A DNA stretch of 64,000 nucleotides from an uncultured bacterium (GCA_963727525.1 CAVSGO010000007.1:1440001-1504000), one strand, 5' to 3'. Shown: positions 10,115 to 20,486, numbered from the stretch's first letter. The notes: generated from the letters alone by a model not told the origin. Translations and numbers: made by a program.

Positions 10115-11377
10115 TCAGGCAGGTGTCGCCTCGAAACCCAGCGCATTCACCGCCGCCACGAGCTGATCCACCGCGAGCTTCTCCCCCCGCACCGACGCGT
10201 GTCCCCCGGCGAGGTCCACGGCCACGCTCGTCACGCCCGCCTGCTCGCTCAGCGCCCGTTCCACGCTGCTGCTGCAGTGGGTGCAGTTCATACCCTTGAT
10301 CGTGAGTTCGACGGTCTCGTGGGACGGGGACATCGCGGTCGCTCCTTCGGGGCCCTCGCATGCGCAAGTGTGCGCGCGACGTGGTCGGTAGGCCCAGGCC
10401 AGCACCGCCAGCAGGACGCCGGCGCAGACCTGGGAAAACACGGTGACGCCCGCGGCGTGGTCGTGTGCGAGCGCGAAACCCGCCAGGTGCAGGCGCGACG
10501 CCGGCATCCAGGCGTTGAGCAGCAAGCCGCCACCAAAGGCGCTCACGGCCACCGTGGCGAGGTAGATCGCTGTGGTGCGGCGGCCCAGCACCCGCATCAG
10601 GGTGGTGAGCGTGGCCGCGTTCGTCGCCGGTCCGGCCACCAGGAATGCGAGCGCCGCCCCCGGCGACACGCCAGCGTGGATGAATCCCGCGGCCAGCGGT
10701 ACGGATCCGGTGGCGCACACGTAGAGCGGCACCCCCACCACCATCATCACCAGCACCGGCCACACGCCGCCACCCAGCACGTGGGCGAGCGATCCCGCCG
10801 GTATCAGTACCGTGATGAGCGCCGCCAGCAGGATGCCCAGCGATAGGGCGCGGCCGATGTCGCGTGGCAGCGTCTCGAACCCGTACCGCAGCGCCGCGCC
10901 GACGCGGCCGGCAGCGCTGGCCGGCGTCGCGGCAGCGGCCGCGGGCGGAGTGGACGGCTCGCGCGCGGTGAACACCTGCACGGCGCCGCCACCCACGACG
11001 CCCGTGACCAGCGCGATGAGCGGCCGGAACACGGCGAAGTACGGACCGAGCATGGCACCGGTGACGGCGATGGAATCGACACCAGTCTGCGGCGTCGAGA
11101 GCAGGAAGGCCGACGTCGCCGCGCGGCTGGCGCCGTGGCGCCGCAGCGATGCGGCCACCGGAATCACGCCGCAGGAGCAGAGGGGCAGGGGAACGCCCAG
11201 GAGCGAGGCCTTCCAGACCGGCCCCATGCCCCGGCCACCCAGGTGGCGCTCGAGCCAGCGCGCGGACACGAAGACCGAGAGCAGGCCGGCCACCAGAAAC
11301 CCGAGCAGCAGGTAAGGTGCCATCTGCGCGGTGACGTGCCAGGCGGCGAGCAGGAATTGCGGGATGGCGGCGAGCAT
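10115..11377 (-). CDS. DUF318/SO_0444-type metal permease with C-terminal HMA domain
   Basis: GVPLPLCSCGV, STPQTGVDS, PLYVCATGS, GPATN motifs; IKGMNCTHC HMA motif. Confidence 0.9.
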   Translation of the reverse strand: MLAAIPQFLLAAWHVTAQMAPYLLLGFLVAGLLSVFVSARWLERHLGGRGMGPVWKASLLGVPLPLCSCGVIPVAASLRRHGASRAATSAFLLSTPQTGVDSIAVTGAMLGPYFAVFRPLIALVTGVVGGGAVQVFTAREPSTPPAAAAATPASAAGRVGAALRYGFETLPRDIGRALSLGILLAALITVLIPAGSLAHVLGGGVWPVLVMMVVGVPLYVCATGSVPLAAGFIHAGVSPGAALAFLVAGPATNAATLTTLMRVLGRRTTAIYLATVAVSAFGGGLLLNAWMPASRLHLAGFALAHDHAAGVTVFSQVCAGVLLAVLAWAYRPRRAHTCACEGPEGATAMSPSHETVELTIKGMNCTHCSSSVERALSEQAGVTSVAVDLAGGHASVRGEKLAVDQLVAAVNALGFEATPA

Positions 11378-11490
11378 CGCGGAAAGATCACCTCGGCGTT
11401 GCGGCGCGTCGGGGCGTGGCGCGCCCGGTCGGAGTCGCCGACAGGATAGTCGCGGGGAGGCAACGCCGCGAGAAATCAGCGGTACCAGGG

Positions 11491-11838
11491 TCAGCGGCGG
11501 ACACGGATGCGCGTGCCCAGCTCCACCGAGAGACGGAGCTCGTCGGTCGCGATCTCCGGGGGGAAAAGTGCGCCCGAAATCTTGGCGCCGAAGAAGCTGC
11601 AACCGTCGAGGACGGCATTCGAAAAGTCGATGCCGCGCAGATCGGTGTCGCGGAAGTAGCTACCGGAGAAATCCAGGCCGTCGGCGTCTAGCCCGCGCAT
11701 ATCCAGGCCGCGCAGGTCGACCGCACGCAGGTCGCAGGTCTGCCCCGATTCCTTCAGGCGATTGAAACCCTTGGTGTCGTCCACGCGCAGACACTGGTAC
11801 ATCTTGTCCTTGAGGAACCGTGGCCGTTCGGCTTTCAT
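11491..11838 (-). CDS. Pentapeptide repeat protein
   Basis: DLRAVDLRGLDMRGLDADGLDFSGSYFRDTDLRGIDFSNAVL repeats. Confidence 0.9.
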   Translation of the reverse strand: MKAERPRFLKDKMYQCLRVDDTKGFNRLKESGQTCDLRAVDLRGLDMRGLDADGLDFSGSYFRDTDLRGIDFSNAVLDGCSFFGAKISGALFPPEIATDELRLSVELGTRIRVRR

Positions 11839-11901
11839 GGTCGCTGCTTCCTTCGGCAATCGCGTCGTCACAGGGTGGTGGGGTGATCGCTCCGGGTACC
11901 C

Positions 11902-13245
11902 TCATGATCGGCCGGCGGCGCCGTCGCTTGATACCCTACCTGCGGCCAGCGACTCCTCGGCCCATGCCCGCGCCTGCCCCGCTGCCAGGTCGACCCGCGC
12001 CAGAAGCCAGCCGCCGACCACGAAGAACACGCCCAGCACGAGAATGCCGGCGCGCCCCTGGCCCGTGGTCTGGCTCAGCAACCCGAAGATCAGGGGTCCG
12101 GCGATGCCGGCAAGCTTGCCACTCGAGGAGTAGAACCCGAAGAACTCGGCGCTGCGGTGGCGAGGCACCATGGTGGCGAAGAGCGACCGGCTCAGCGCCT
12201 GGCAACCACCCTGCACCACGCCCACCAGGGCGGCGAGCACCTGGAAGTGCCAGGCCGTCCGCATCAGGAAGCCGAACGCGCACACCAGCACGTAGACGCC
12301 GAGACCAGCCAGCAGCACGGGCCGCGCCCCGAGGCGCCGCGCGAGGCGGCCCAGCAGCAGCGTGCTCGGCCAGGCCACGAACTGCGTGATCACCAGGGCC
12401 ATGATGAGGTCGGAGGTGCCGATGCCGATCTCCGAACCCACCGCCGTGGCCATCTTGATGATGGTTCCAATGCCGTCGTTGTAGATCCAGTACGCCACGA
12501 GGAACTGCACGAGGGACCGGTACGACCGCACAGCGCGCCAGGTGGTGCGCAGGCGCCGCCAGCCGTCCGACCAGACCGTACCGAGCCGGAAGGCACGAAC
12601 GCCGGCGCCGACGTGGGGCTCCGGCACGCGCCGCAGCAATGGCACCGTGAACACGGCCCACCACACGGCCACGCTGAGGAACGACGCTTTCACGGCCGCG
12701 CCGGTGCCCGCCAGATGGAAGAGCGCCGGATGGGTCACCCATACCATGTTCAGGACCAGCAGCAGCCCGCCGCCGAGGTAGCCGTACGCGTAGCCGCGAC
12801 TCGAGATGGTGTCGAGATCGCGCCCCCGCGCGAGGTGCGGAAGCAGGGCCTCGTAGAAGACGATCGATGCCGCGAAGCCCACGTTGGCGCCCATGTAGAG
12901 CAACGCCGCCAGGCGCCAGCCGCCGGCCGGGATGGTGACGAACGCCGCCGTGAACGCGCAGCCGCCGAAAGCGGTGGCCGCGAGCAGGCGCTTGCGCGAT
13001 CCAGTGGCATCGGCCACCGCGCCGAGCAGCGGGCCGATAAGGGCGACGATGGCGAGGGCGAGCGCCGTGGTGTAGCCCCAGTAGGCGGTGGCGTCGGCAC
13101 TGCCCACGCCCGCGGCCACCGCCAGCTCGCGGAAGTACGGCGGGAAGAGGGCCGCCATCACCGTGCAGGCAAAGGCGCTGTTGCCCCAGTCGTAGAGGCA
13201 CCAGGCCCGGATGGCGGCTACCTGCTGGCCGTCGCGCGTCGGCAT
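11902..13245 (-). CDS. MFS transporter (UMF1/Atg22-like)
   Basis: AWCLYDWGNSAF, SSRGYAYGYLGG, YNDGIGT, QALSRSLF, EFFGFY. Confidence 0.92.
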   Translation of the reverse strand: MPTRDGQQVAAIRAWCLYDWGNSAFACTVMAALFPPYFRELAVAAGVGSADATAYWGYTTALALAIVALIGPLLGAVADATGSRKRLLAATAFGGCAFTAAFVTIPAGGWRLAALLYMGANVGFAASIVFYEALLPHLARGRDLDTISSRGYAYGYLGGGLLLVLNMVWVTHPALFHLAGTGAAVKASFLSVAVWWAVFTVPLLRRVPEPHVGAGVRAFRLGTVWSDGWRRLRTTWRAVRSYRSLVQFLVAYWIYNDGIGTIIKMATAVGSEIGIGTSDLIMALVITQFVAWPSTLLLGRLARRLGARPVLLAGLGVYVLVCAFGFLMRTAWHFQVLAALVGVVQGGCQALSRSLFATMVPRHRSAEFFGFYSSSGKLAGIAGPLIFGLLSQTTGQGRAGILVLGVFFVVGGWLLARVDLAAGQARAWAEESLAAGRVSSDGAAGRS

Positions 13246-13350
13246 CGTTTCTCCTTCAGGCGCATCCTAGCGCGGACCAGCGTCGAGGGCATGCCCAAAG
13301 GCCGGCGATAGCGTCTTTTCGTTGAGCGGTCGGCGCGCTAGAATACAGGC

Positions 13351-16125
13351 ATGATGCATCGCGCCGCCCTCGTCGCCCTGACCACCGCCGCGATCGCCGC
13401 CGCCGCGCTGGCCGTGTCGTCGCCGCCGCTGCCCCCGGCGCAGACCGCGGTGATGGACAGCCTCGTGACGTTGCACCTGTCTGCCCAGCCTGATTCGGTG
13501 TTCATCGTCGCCGCTCCGCACGTCGCGCACGCCCGGCAACGCGGCGACCGGGCCTTCCTGCGCGAGTTGCTGCTTCAGGAAGGAGGCACGGCCGCCGCCT
13601 ACGGTCGCGCCGCCCAGGCCGAGCCCATCCTCCACGAAGCCTTCGACCTGTCGGTCGCCACCGACGACACGTCCGACATGATCGCGTCTCTGCGCTGGCT
13701 GTGTAACTCCGTGCAGGTGATGGGGCGCACCGACGAGGCCGCCGTGCTCTGCGACAGCCTCGCACGCCTCGCGCTGGCGGTGGACGACTCTCTGCACTAC
13801 GCCTGGGCGCTCGTGGGCACGGCCTACACCCACCTCCTGCACGACGATCTGCGCGCCTGCGCCCTCGTCTACCGCCGCGCCGCGAAGATCTTCGCCCAGA
13901 TCGATGAGCCGCACGGCGAGATCTGGTCCCGCAACGGCCGGGCGCTCGCTCTGCGCGTGCTTGGACGATTCCGCGAGGCGATGGCCGAGTTCCGCCGCAG
14001 TGCCGCGCTGGCGCACGGCATCGACGATGCGATGAACGAGGCGATGTCGTGGAACTACCTGGGCACCCTCGAGTCCGTGGTCGGCGATCCGGCGCTGGCC
14101 GTGACGTACTTCCGCCGCGCGCATGAGATCCACGTCGCCCACTTCCACACCCGCGAAGCCGTGCCGGCGGCGATGAACATCGCGCTGGCCCTTGCCTCGC
14201 TGGGGCAGTTCGACGACGCCATCGCCGGTCTCGAGGCCGCGCTCGCCGACTGTCGCCGGGAACAGTATCCCGACCTCGAGGGCGACCTGCTGAACAGCCT
14301 GGCGGAGGTCCGTCTCCAGCGCCACCAGTACCACGAGGCCGCCGGCGCCGGCCGCGAGGTGCTTGCGCTGGAGGATCGCGTTCCGCCGCGCACGTGGGTG
14401 ACCGGGAACATCGTGCTCTCCGAAGCGCTGGCCGCCCAGGACAGCCTGGATGCCGCGCTTCGCGTGCTCGACGCGTGCGCCCGGTCGGCCCAGGGCAACC
14501 CCAACGTGCTCCTCGCCCAGGATCTTGCCCTCGCCCGGGGCCGGCTGCTGCTACGGCTCGCGCGTCCCGACGATGCGCTCGCGCTCGTCACGCCCGCCAT
14601 CGCGGTGGCCCACGCCCAGGAGATGCGCGCCCAGGAAGTCGACCTGCGCCAGGTCGCCGCTCAGGCCTGGCGCGCCCTCGCCAGCCCTGACTCCGCCCTC
14701 GCCCACGACCTGGCCGCCATCGCCGCTTGGGACGCCGACCGTAGCCTGCCCACCGATCCTCGCTGGCGCGAGCAACGCGGTGCGGCGGGCCGCGACGTTT
14801 TCGTCGATGCGGCGTCTCTCCTGCTGGAGGGTACGGCGTCCCACCCATCCGGCGATGGTACGGCCGCCGCATTCGATCTGCTGCAGCGCTACAAGGCCCG
14901 CACGCTGCAGGAGCGTATCTGGGGACCAATGCCGCGCGGGCTGACAGCCGACGCCGACACCCTCGTCACGTTGCACGAACTGCAAACTCGCGTGCTACGC
15001 ACCGGCGAGGTCTTCCTCGATGCGTACGTCGGCACCGGGGCCAGCCTGCTCTTCGCGGTGGCACGCGATACCTGCGTCGTGGCCACGCTGCCCGGTGACG
15101 AGGATCTCACGACACGGGTCGACGTGTTGGTGGATCTGTTCTCGCATGCCGGGCCCGCGTCGGAGGCGAACCGGCTCGTGCACACGGGCGCTACCCTGTG
15201 GCGCACCCTCGCCGCACCCGTCCTGCCGCTCGTGGCGCATGCGACCTCGGTGGTCTGGTCGCCTGACGGCGTGCTGCACCACTTGCCGCTGAACGCCGTG
15301 CTCCATGACCCCGGCGCCGCGATGCCGGCGCCACCCTGCGCGCGCGTCCCGGCGGCGGCCGTCCTGGCCGGGCTACGCGAGGGTGACGACACGGTGGTCG
15401 CACCGCGCGGCGTGCTGGCCGTGGCGGCGCCGCATACGGCGCGGGGCGAACCGCTGCACGGCGCCGACGCAGAGGTCGCCTGGCTGGCCCACCGATTCCG
15501 CGGTGTGTCTCGCCCCCGCCCGGCCGAGCTGGCCGTCACCGACGAGATCCCCGGCGTCTGGCTCGCCGACCATGCCGTCATCCACCTGGCCGCCCATGCC
15601 CGCCTCGACGAGCAGCGCCCCTGGAATTCGTACCTCGAGCTGACCACGCGCGGCGACTCCCTCGTGCTGCGGGCAAGCGACGTCGCGCGGCTGCACCTGG
15701 GCGCGCGCCTGGCCGTGCTTTCGAGCTGCGCCAGCGCCGGGGCGCAGGTCGTGGCCGGCGAGGGCATGCTCGGCCTGGCCACCGGTTTCCTCAGCGCGGG
15801 CGTGCCCGCCGTGATCGCCACGCTCTGGCCCGTGGACGACGCCACCACGGCCCGGCTCATGGGCGACTTCTACGAGGCGCTGGCCACCGGCGCGCCGGCC
15901 ATCGATGCGCTCGCGCGCGCCCAGGCGCGGTGCCGGCAGAACCCGGCCACGCGCCATCCGTTCTACTGGGCGGGTTTCGTGGTGGTGGGCGACGGCGCCA
16001 CGACGGTCCCCTTGCCGCCGCGGCGCCGACCGCTCTGGCCCGGGTTGCTCGGCGCGGGCGCGCTGCTCGCCGGCTGCGGCTGGCTCACCAGTAGAAGAGC
16101 AATCCGACCTGCGGCCAGGGCCTGA
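13351..16125 (+). CDS. TPR-repeat CHAT (caspase-like) domain protein with signal peptide and C-terminal TM
   Basis: TPR-like helices; SPDGVLHHLP, IHLAAH, VLSSCAS, GEGMLGL, ATLWPVDD, HPFYWAGF motifs. Confidence 0.92.
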   Translation: MMHRAALVALTTAAIAAAALAVSSPPLPPAQTAVMDSLVTLHLSAQPDSVFIVAAPHVAHARQRGDRAFLRELLLQEGGTAAAYGRAAQAEPILHEAFDLSVATDDTSDMIASLRWLCNSVQVMGRTDEAAVLCDSLARLALAVDDSLHYAWALVGTAYTHLLHDDLRACALVYRRAAKIFAQIDEPHGEIWSRNGRALALRVLGRFREAMAEFRRSAALAHGIDDAMNEAMSWNYLGTLESVVGDPALAVTYFRRAHEIHVAHFHTREAVPAAMNIALALASLGQFDDAIAGLEAALADCRREQYPDLEGDLLNSLAEVRLQRHQYHEAAGAGREVLALEDRVPPRTWVTGNIVLSEALAAQDSLDAALRVLDACARSAQGNPNVLLAQDLALARGRLLLRLARPDDALALVTPAIAVAHAQEMRAQEVDLRQVAAQAWRALASPDSALAHDLAAIAAWDADRSLPTDPRWREQRGAAGRDVFVDAASLLLEGTASHPSGDGTAAAFDLLQRYKARTLQERIWGPMPRGLTADADTLVTLHELQTRVLRTGEVFLDAYVGTGASLLFAVARDTCVVATLPGDEDLTTRVDVLVDLFSHAGPASEANRLVHTGATLWRTLAAPVLPLVAHATSVVWSPDGVLHHLPLNAVLHDPGAAMPAPPCARVPAAAVLAGLREGDDTVVAPRGVLAVAAPHTARGEPLHGADAEVAWLAHRFRGVSRPRPAELAVTDEIPGVWLADHAVIHLAAHARLDEQRPWNSYLELTTRGDSLVLRASDVARLHLGARLAVLSSCASAGAQVVAGEGMLGLATGFLSAGVPAVIATLWPVDDATTARLMGDFYEALATGAPAIDALARAQARCRQNPATRHPFYWAGFVVVGDGATTVPLPPRRRPLWPGLLGAGALLAGCGWLTSRRAIRPAARA

Positions 16126-16612
16126 TGTTGTCGGTATCCCCCTCGACGGTGAAGTCGAGGTCGGTCTTGAGGGCCCAGCGCTCGCCGATGAGTTTCTCCA
16201 CGCCCACGCCGAAGCCGTAGTTGGTGTGCGTGCGCGTGCGCCAGTACTGCGTGCCGTCGTCCCGGCGCTGTTCATCCTTGTGGTAGTCGTAGCCCACACC
16301 ACCGACGAGGAAGAGGCGCAGGTTCGGATCCTGCCGCAGGATCAGTTCCAGCTCACCGCCCAGGTTGTGACGCTTGTTCTTGCTGGTGTTCCAGATCCCG
16401 CCGGCCACCTGGAGCTGCAGGTACCACGTCAGCGGCCCCTTGAAGGCCAGCCCCGTGCCCCCGATCTTGCCCGCGTGCAGCCCGACGGCCCCCTGCATGG
16501 GATCGTCGACCCGGTTCCAATCGCCGGCCAACGCCGGCTTCACGCTGCCGCACAACGTCAGGCCCGCGACGGCGAGCCAAGCGTATCCAAGATGGGTTGG
16601 CCAACGCCGCAT
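16085..16612 (-). CDS. Small outer-membrane beta-barrel protein
   Basis: Signal peptide, alternating beta strands, C-terminal aromatic ending (VGLLFYW). Confidence 0.7.
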   Translation of the reverse strand: MRRWPTHLGYAWLAVAGLTLCGSVKPALAGDWNRVDDPMQGAVGLHAGKIGGTGLAFKGPLTWYLQLQVAGGIWNTSKNKRHNLGGELELILRQDPNLRLFLVGGVGYDYHKDEQRRDDGTQYWRTRTHTNYGFGVGVEKLIGERWALKTDLDFTVEGDTDNIRPWPQVGLLFYW

Positions 16613-16751
16613 GATTCCTCCCTGATGCGACCCATGGTGACTCCGTCCTGGATGGTTATAACGCCGCGCGCGCCCGCATGCCAGCGCATTGTGAGACGAA
16701 CGATCCATCCCCTTGATATCGTGGCATTTAAAACGATTGCCGCCGGCGCCA

Positions 16752-17711
16752 CTATGGCGCGATCATCACCACCGTACCCACCGAGTGCGCCGCGAACTCG
16801 GGCGCATACATCGCCTGCAGCGTGGCGGATTGGGCGCGGAAGGTGCCGGCCATGGCGGCGCGCAGCCGGTGCTTCAGCGTGAACTGGCCGGCGGGCAAGC
16901 GATCGAAAAAAAAGTTCGCGCCCGAGTCGCGGATCTCCTGGTAGGAGTGTACGCCCAGGTCGCAGCGATAGCTCGAGGTGGCCGACTCGGGTTCGCAACC
17001 GGCCGGACGGGGATCGCGAAGGTGCACGTACTCGGCGGCGTGCCGTGCGGTGACCTCGAGATGGACCTCGATCTCGTCGCCGACGTGCACGGTATCACCG
17101 TCGCGCCGCGGCGCAAGCACCCACGCGCCGTTCACGAGCGCGTGGCGGAAGTACGACCGCGTGACGGCCAGCAGGTCGCCGTCGGCGGCGGCCGGCGGTT
17201 GCTCGGTGGCGTAGTGCCAGGTGGCCGACGCGAAGGCCAGGCCGCGCGTCGCCTTCGACACCGTCACCGCGGGCGGCGACAACGCGCCGACCTCGTCGCC
17301 CGTCAGGACCAGGCGTTCCTGCCCCGCCGTGGGATCGCCGGGATCGGCAACGAAGGTGCGGTCATGGGACCCCACCTGCACGTGTACCGACTCGCGAATG
17401 CCCAGCGTACCGCGCACCTGCATCACCTGCACGAGCGCGCCGATCGCCTCGGCGGTGGCGCGGGGCGACTTCCAGTGCGTGAGTTGACGGTGCAGCAACA
17501 GCCACTGCACGAGACCGTCGACGCGCGGGTCTTCGGGCATGATCGTACTCACGGCGCGCAACACGAAGGCGTGGCCCTCGATCGTATCGTGATACCACAG
17601 CCAGGCCCGGTCTTCCGGCGTCCAGAACACGCCCAGGTCGGGGTCGTTCTTCGCGCTGTCGAGCACCGAGAGCACCATCTGATAATAGGGAACGAAGAGG
17701 CGCGCGTCCAA
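16752..17711 (-). pseudogene. C-terminal fragment of a bacterial alpha-2-macroglobulin
   Basis: W.WY.DTIE..A, LVQWLL..R...W.S..ATAEA, VGDEIEVHL, EYVHLRDPRPAGCEP, FFDRLPAG, QAMYAPEF; no N-terminal MG domains or signal peptide. Confidence 0.7.
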
Positions 17712-17732
17712 GCCGAACGCGCGCCGTTGTGG

Positions 17733-17780
17733 CTACTTCACGAACTACTGGACGAACTACTGAACGAGCTACTGGACGAG
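17733..17780 (-). repeat. 4 x 12-bp tandem repeat of a gene's last three codons plus TAG
   Basis: Minus strand CTCGTCCAGTAG CTCGTTCAGTAG TTCGTCCAGTAG TTCGTGAAGTAG = LVQ* LVQ* FVQ* FVK*. Confidence 0.95.
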
Positions 17781-20222
17781 CATCACGCGCCGCGTGTCCA
17801 CGCGATCCGACGTCGTCAACCGCACGACGTACGCGCCCGACGCCACGGCGCGGCCGCCGTCATCGCGTCCGTTCCACGTCACGCGATGGGCGCCCGCCAT
17901 CATTGTACCTCTCGCGAGCACGGCGACCTCGCGACCCTGCAGATCGTACACCGCGAGCTGGACCTCGTCCGTGCGCGCGATCTGCAGCTCGATCGTGGTC
18001 GACGGGTTGAAAGGGTTCGGCTGCACGCTCGCCACGCGCGATGCCTGCGGCACCGCGAGCTGCACCATACGCGAATCAAGCGTCGTCCAGCCGCCGGACG
18101 CGAGACGCTGCCGGAGCGTGTATGCGACCGGCGCGCCGGCCGGCGGCGTGTCGACGGCCGCGTACGCGCCGGCCCCTTGCGCGGTGAAAGCCACGGCCCG
18201 TACCGCATCATCGGCCCGAAGCTCGAGGTGCAGGTCGGCCGCCGGCACGTCCGCGCTGAGCTGCCAGGCGAGGCGCACGGTGCCGCCGTCGACCGTCGCG
18301 TCGAAGAACGTGAGGAGTGTCGGCACCGTATCGGCACACTGCAACCAGGCGAGTTGCAGCGTGCTGCTGGTGTCGGCGATGTAGAGCACGTCGCCCAGCG
18401 TGGCCAGGCTGGTCGCTCCGGCGGGGGTGTCGACGGAGCCGAGGATCAGCGGCGCGAGGGGATCGGTGACGCGGCGCACCTGCATGCCCGAGCTATAGTC
18501 CGCCACGTAGAGATCGTCGCCCACGCGCAAGCTCGCCATGGCCTGGTTGGGCGTGTCGGCGACGGCGACCACGTGCGGCGCCGCGGGATCGGAGATATCG
18601 ACGACCTGCACGCCCGCCTCGTAGCAAGCGAGATAGGCGAGATCGCCGTCCAGCATGACACCTCTCACCGTTGCCGGTGTCGCCACCCATCCGATCTGCT
18701 GCGGCGACGCGGGTTCGGCGAGATCCACGACCGCGAGTCCGCTGGACACGCCGACAAAGGCCAGGGGGCCTCGACCGGCCACGCAACTGGGGTACGTCAG
18801 TGCAGGCAGCGAGCCCACGACATACGCCGCGGCGGGCTCGGAAATGTCCACGATCTGCAATCCGGCGCGCCAGTCGGCCACCAGCGCCAGATCTCCGGTC
18901 GCAGCGTCGCCGGCCAGAGCCACGGCCACTGCCGTGTCGGGTGTCGCGACGGCGGCCACCGTCTGCGGGTTCGCGGGATCGCTCACGTCGATCACCCGTA
19001 GCCCCGCATCGCCATCGGCTACACAGGCCAGCGGTCCGCTCACGGCCACGCCGCTGGCGAAGTCGCCGGTCGCGAGCGTCGCCAATGGCGCCGGCACCAG
19101 AGGATCGGCGAGGCCCGCGATGTGCAGCCCGCCGCGCCCCACGGCCGCGTAGAGGCGCGCGTCCGCCACGGCGACGCCCCTGGCGATATCTGGCAACGCA
19201 TAACTACCGGCCAGGCTGGCCTCCTGCGGGTACGTGGCATCGACCACGAGCAGGGCGCCGTAGTTGGCGATGACGGCACAGCCATTGATGACGGCAACGT
19301 CGTGGCTGGTGCCATGGAAGGCGTCTATGGTGCGCACCTGAGCTCTCAAGAAGGGGTGCAGCGGGTCGCCCACGTCGATGACGTCTAGCCCCTGCGCCGC
19401 CGCGGCGTAGAGCAGGTCGCCCGCGGCCGCCAGCCCGTGCGTCCCCCACGTCGTCTCCACGAAGCCCAGCACACCCGGAGAGAGCGGATACGTCAGGTCG
19501 AGCACGATCACGCCATAGTTCCACGACGAGACATACCCGCGGTTGCCGTCCACGATGATGTCGCTACCTCCGCCCCACACCGGGAGCGACATCTGCAACA
19601 CCGGAGCGCCTGGATCGCTCACGTCGTAGACCAGGATATCCGGGGTATCCGGGTCGACGTAAGCATCGGCCACATACAGCACATCGCCGGCGAGCGCGAG
19701 ACCTTTCGCGTAGCCGGGCGTGTCGAGCGTGGCCAGGTTCACCGGCTGCGTGGGGTCGCTGATGTCGACGACACCGAAGCCGTCGAGCCCCTCCGCGACA
19801 TACGCCACGTGTCCACCAACCGCGACGTCGAGCCCGCCCGTCCCGACATCGAGCACGGCCACCTTGGCCGGTGCGGCCGGATTCGCCACGTCGAACACCT
19901 CGAAGCCGGTAACCGCGCAGGCCACGAAGGCAAAATCGCCGGACACGGCGACGCCATGGCCGACTCCGGAAGTGTCGATCTCGCCCAGCAGGACAGGGTG
20001 CCGCGGATCCTGCACGTCGACGATGCTCAGCGTGGTGTACCCTGTGCAATAATAGAGCCCATCGCGCAGGGTCCCGGCAAAGAGCTGGCGCCCGCCGATC
20101 CGGGCCGCCCAGTGCAACGTGGCGCCGTAGTCGACGCAGTCGCTCGCCAGGGCCGATGTCGCGGCGAGCCCGAGACATGCCACGATCGTCATGCGGACTG
20201 GGATTCGGAGTCGCGATTTCAT
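17769..20222 (-). CDS. Secreted LVIVD-repeat (beta-propeller) protein with C-terminal FlgD-Ig-like domain
   Basis: Signal peptide; about 13 repeats of L.VVDVSDP..P; PNPFNPSTTI...VYDLQGR.V..L...WNGRDD.GR.VASG.Y tail. Confidence 0.9.
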   Translation of the reverse strand: MKSRLRIPVRMTIVACLGLAATSALASDCVDYGATLHWAARIGGRQLFAGTLRDGLYYCTGYTTLSIVDVQDPRHPVLLGEIDTSGVGHGVAVSGDFAFVACAVTGFEVFDVANPAAPAKVAVLDVGTGGLDVAVGGHVAYVAEGLDGFGVVDISDPTQPVNLATLDTPGYAKGLALAGDVLYVADAYVDPDTPDILVYDVSDPGAPVLQMSLPVWGGGSDIIVDGNRGYVSSWNYGVIVLDLTYPLSPGVLGFVETTWGTHGLAAAGDLLYAAAAQGLDVIDVGDPLHPFLRAQVRTIDAFHGTSHDVAVINGCAVIANYGALLVVDATYPQEASLAGSYALPDIARGVAVADARLYAAVGRGGLHIAGLADPLVPAPLATLATGDFASGVAVSGPLACVADGDAGLRVIDVSDPANPQTVAAVATPDTAVAVALAGDAATGDLALVADWRAGLQIVDISEPAAAYVVGSLPALTYPSCVAGRGPLAFVGVSSGLAVVDLAEPASPQQIGWVATPATVRGVMLDGDLAYLACYEAGVQVVDISDPAAPHVVAVADTPNQAMASLRVGDDLYVADYSSGMQVRRVTDPLAPLILGSVDTPAGATSLATLGDVLYIADTSSTLQLAWLQCADTVPTLLTFFDATVDGGTVRLAWQLSADVPAADLHLELRADDAVRAVAFTAQGAGAYAAVDTPPAGAPVAYTLRQRLASGGWTTLDSRMVQLAVPQASRVASVQPNPFNPSTTIELQIARTDEVQLAVYDLQGREVAVLARGTMMAGAHRVTWNGRDDGGRAVASGAYVVRLTTSDRVDTRRVMLVQ

Positions 20223-20383
20223 GAGACGGTCTCCCCTCGTGGGCCGGTTCTGATCTCGCGGTGGGTGGCGACCACCATGGTACCAGACCGGAACGCAGAA
20301 GGGAACGCGCGCGTCCGCCACCGGCGACGCAGTCCCCGCCGGATACAGATATCCAAACGGGACTGGACGACGCCGGCATCGTG

Positions 20384-20413
20384 TTGACGTCCGCCGACCA
20401 GCGGCTGTAGTAT
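20384..20413 (+). promoter_or_regulatory. Putative sigma-70 promoter for the DUF6484 gene
   Basis: TTGACG-N18-TAGTAT. Confidence 0.45.
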
Positions 20414-20486
20414 GTGGAACGTGTTCCCCGGCCCGCGCGCACGCGCGCCCGGAGCTTTGCATGCGCCACGCACGGAACGAGAAACC

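Noticed and set aside
17733-17780. Short tandem repeats as a CRISPR array
   Set aside because: Units of 12-16 bp abut directly with no spacers, and no cas genes are present
16752-20222. Programmed amber readthrough (pyrrolysine or recoding) producing an LVIVD-A2M fusion
   Set aside because: It would need four consecutive TAG readthroughs, TAG terminates other clear genes here (e.g. hcp), and no pyl genes are visible
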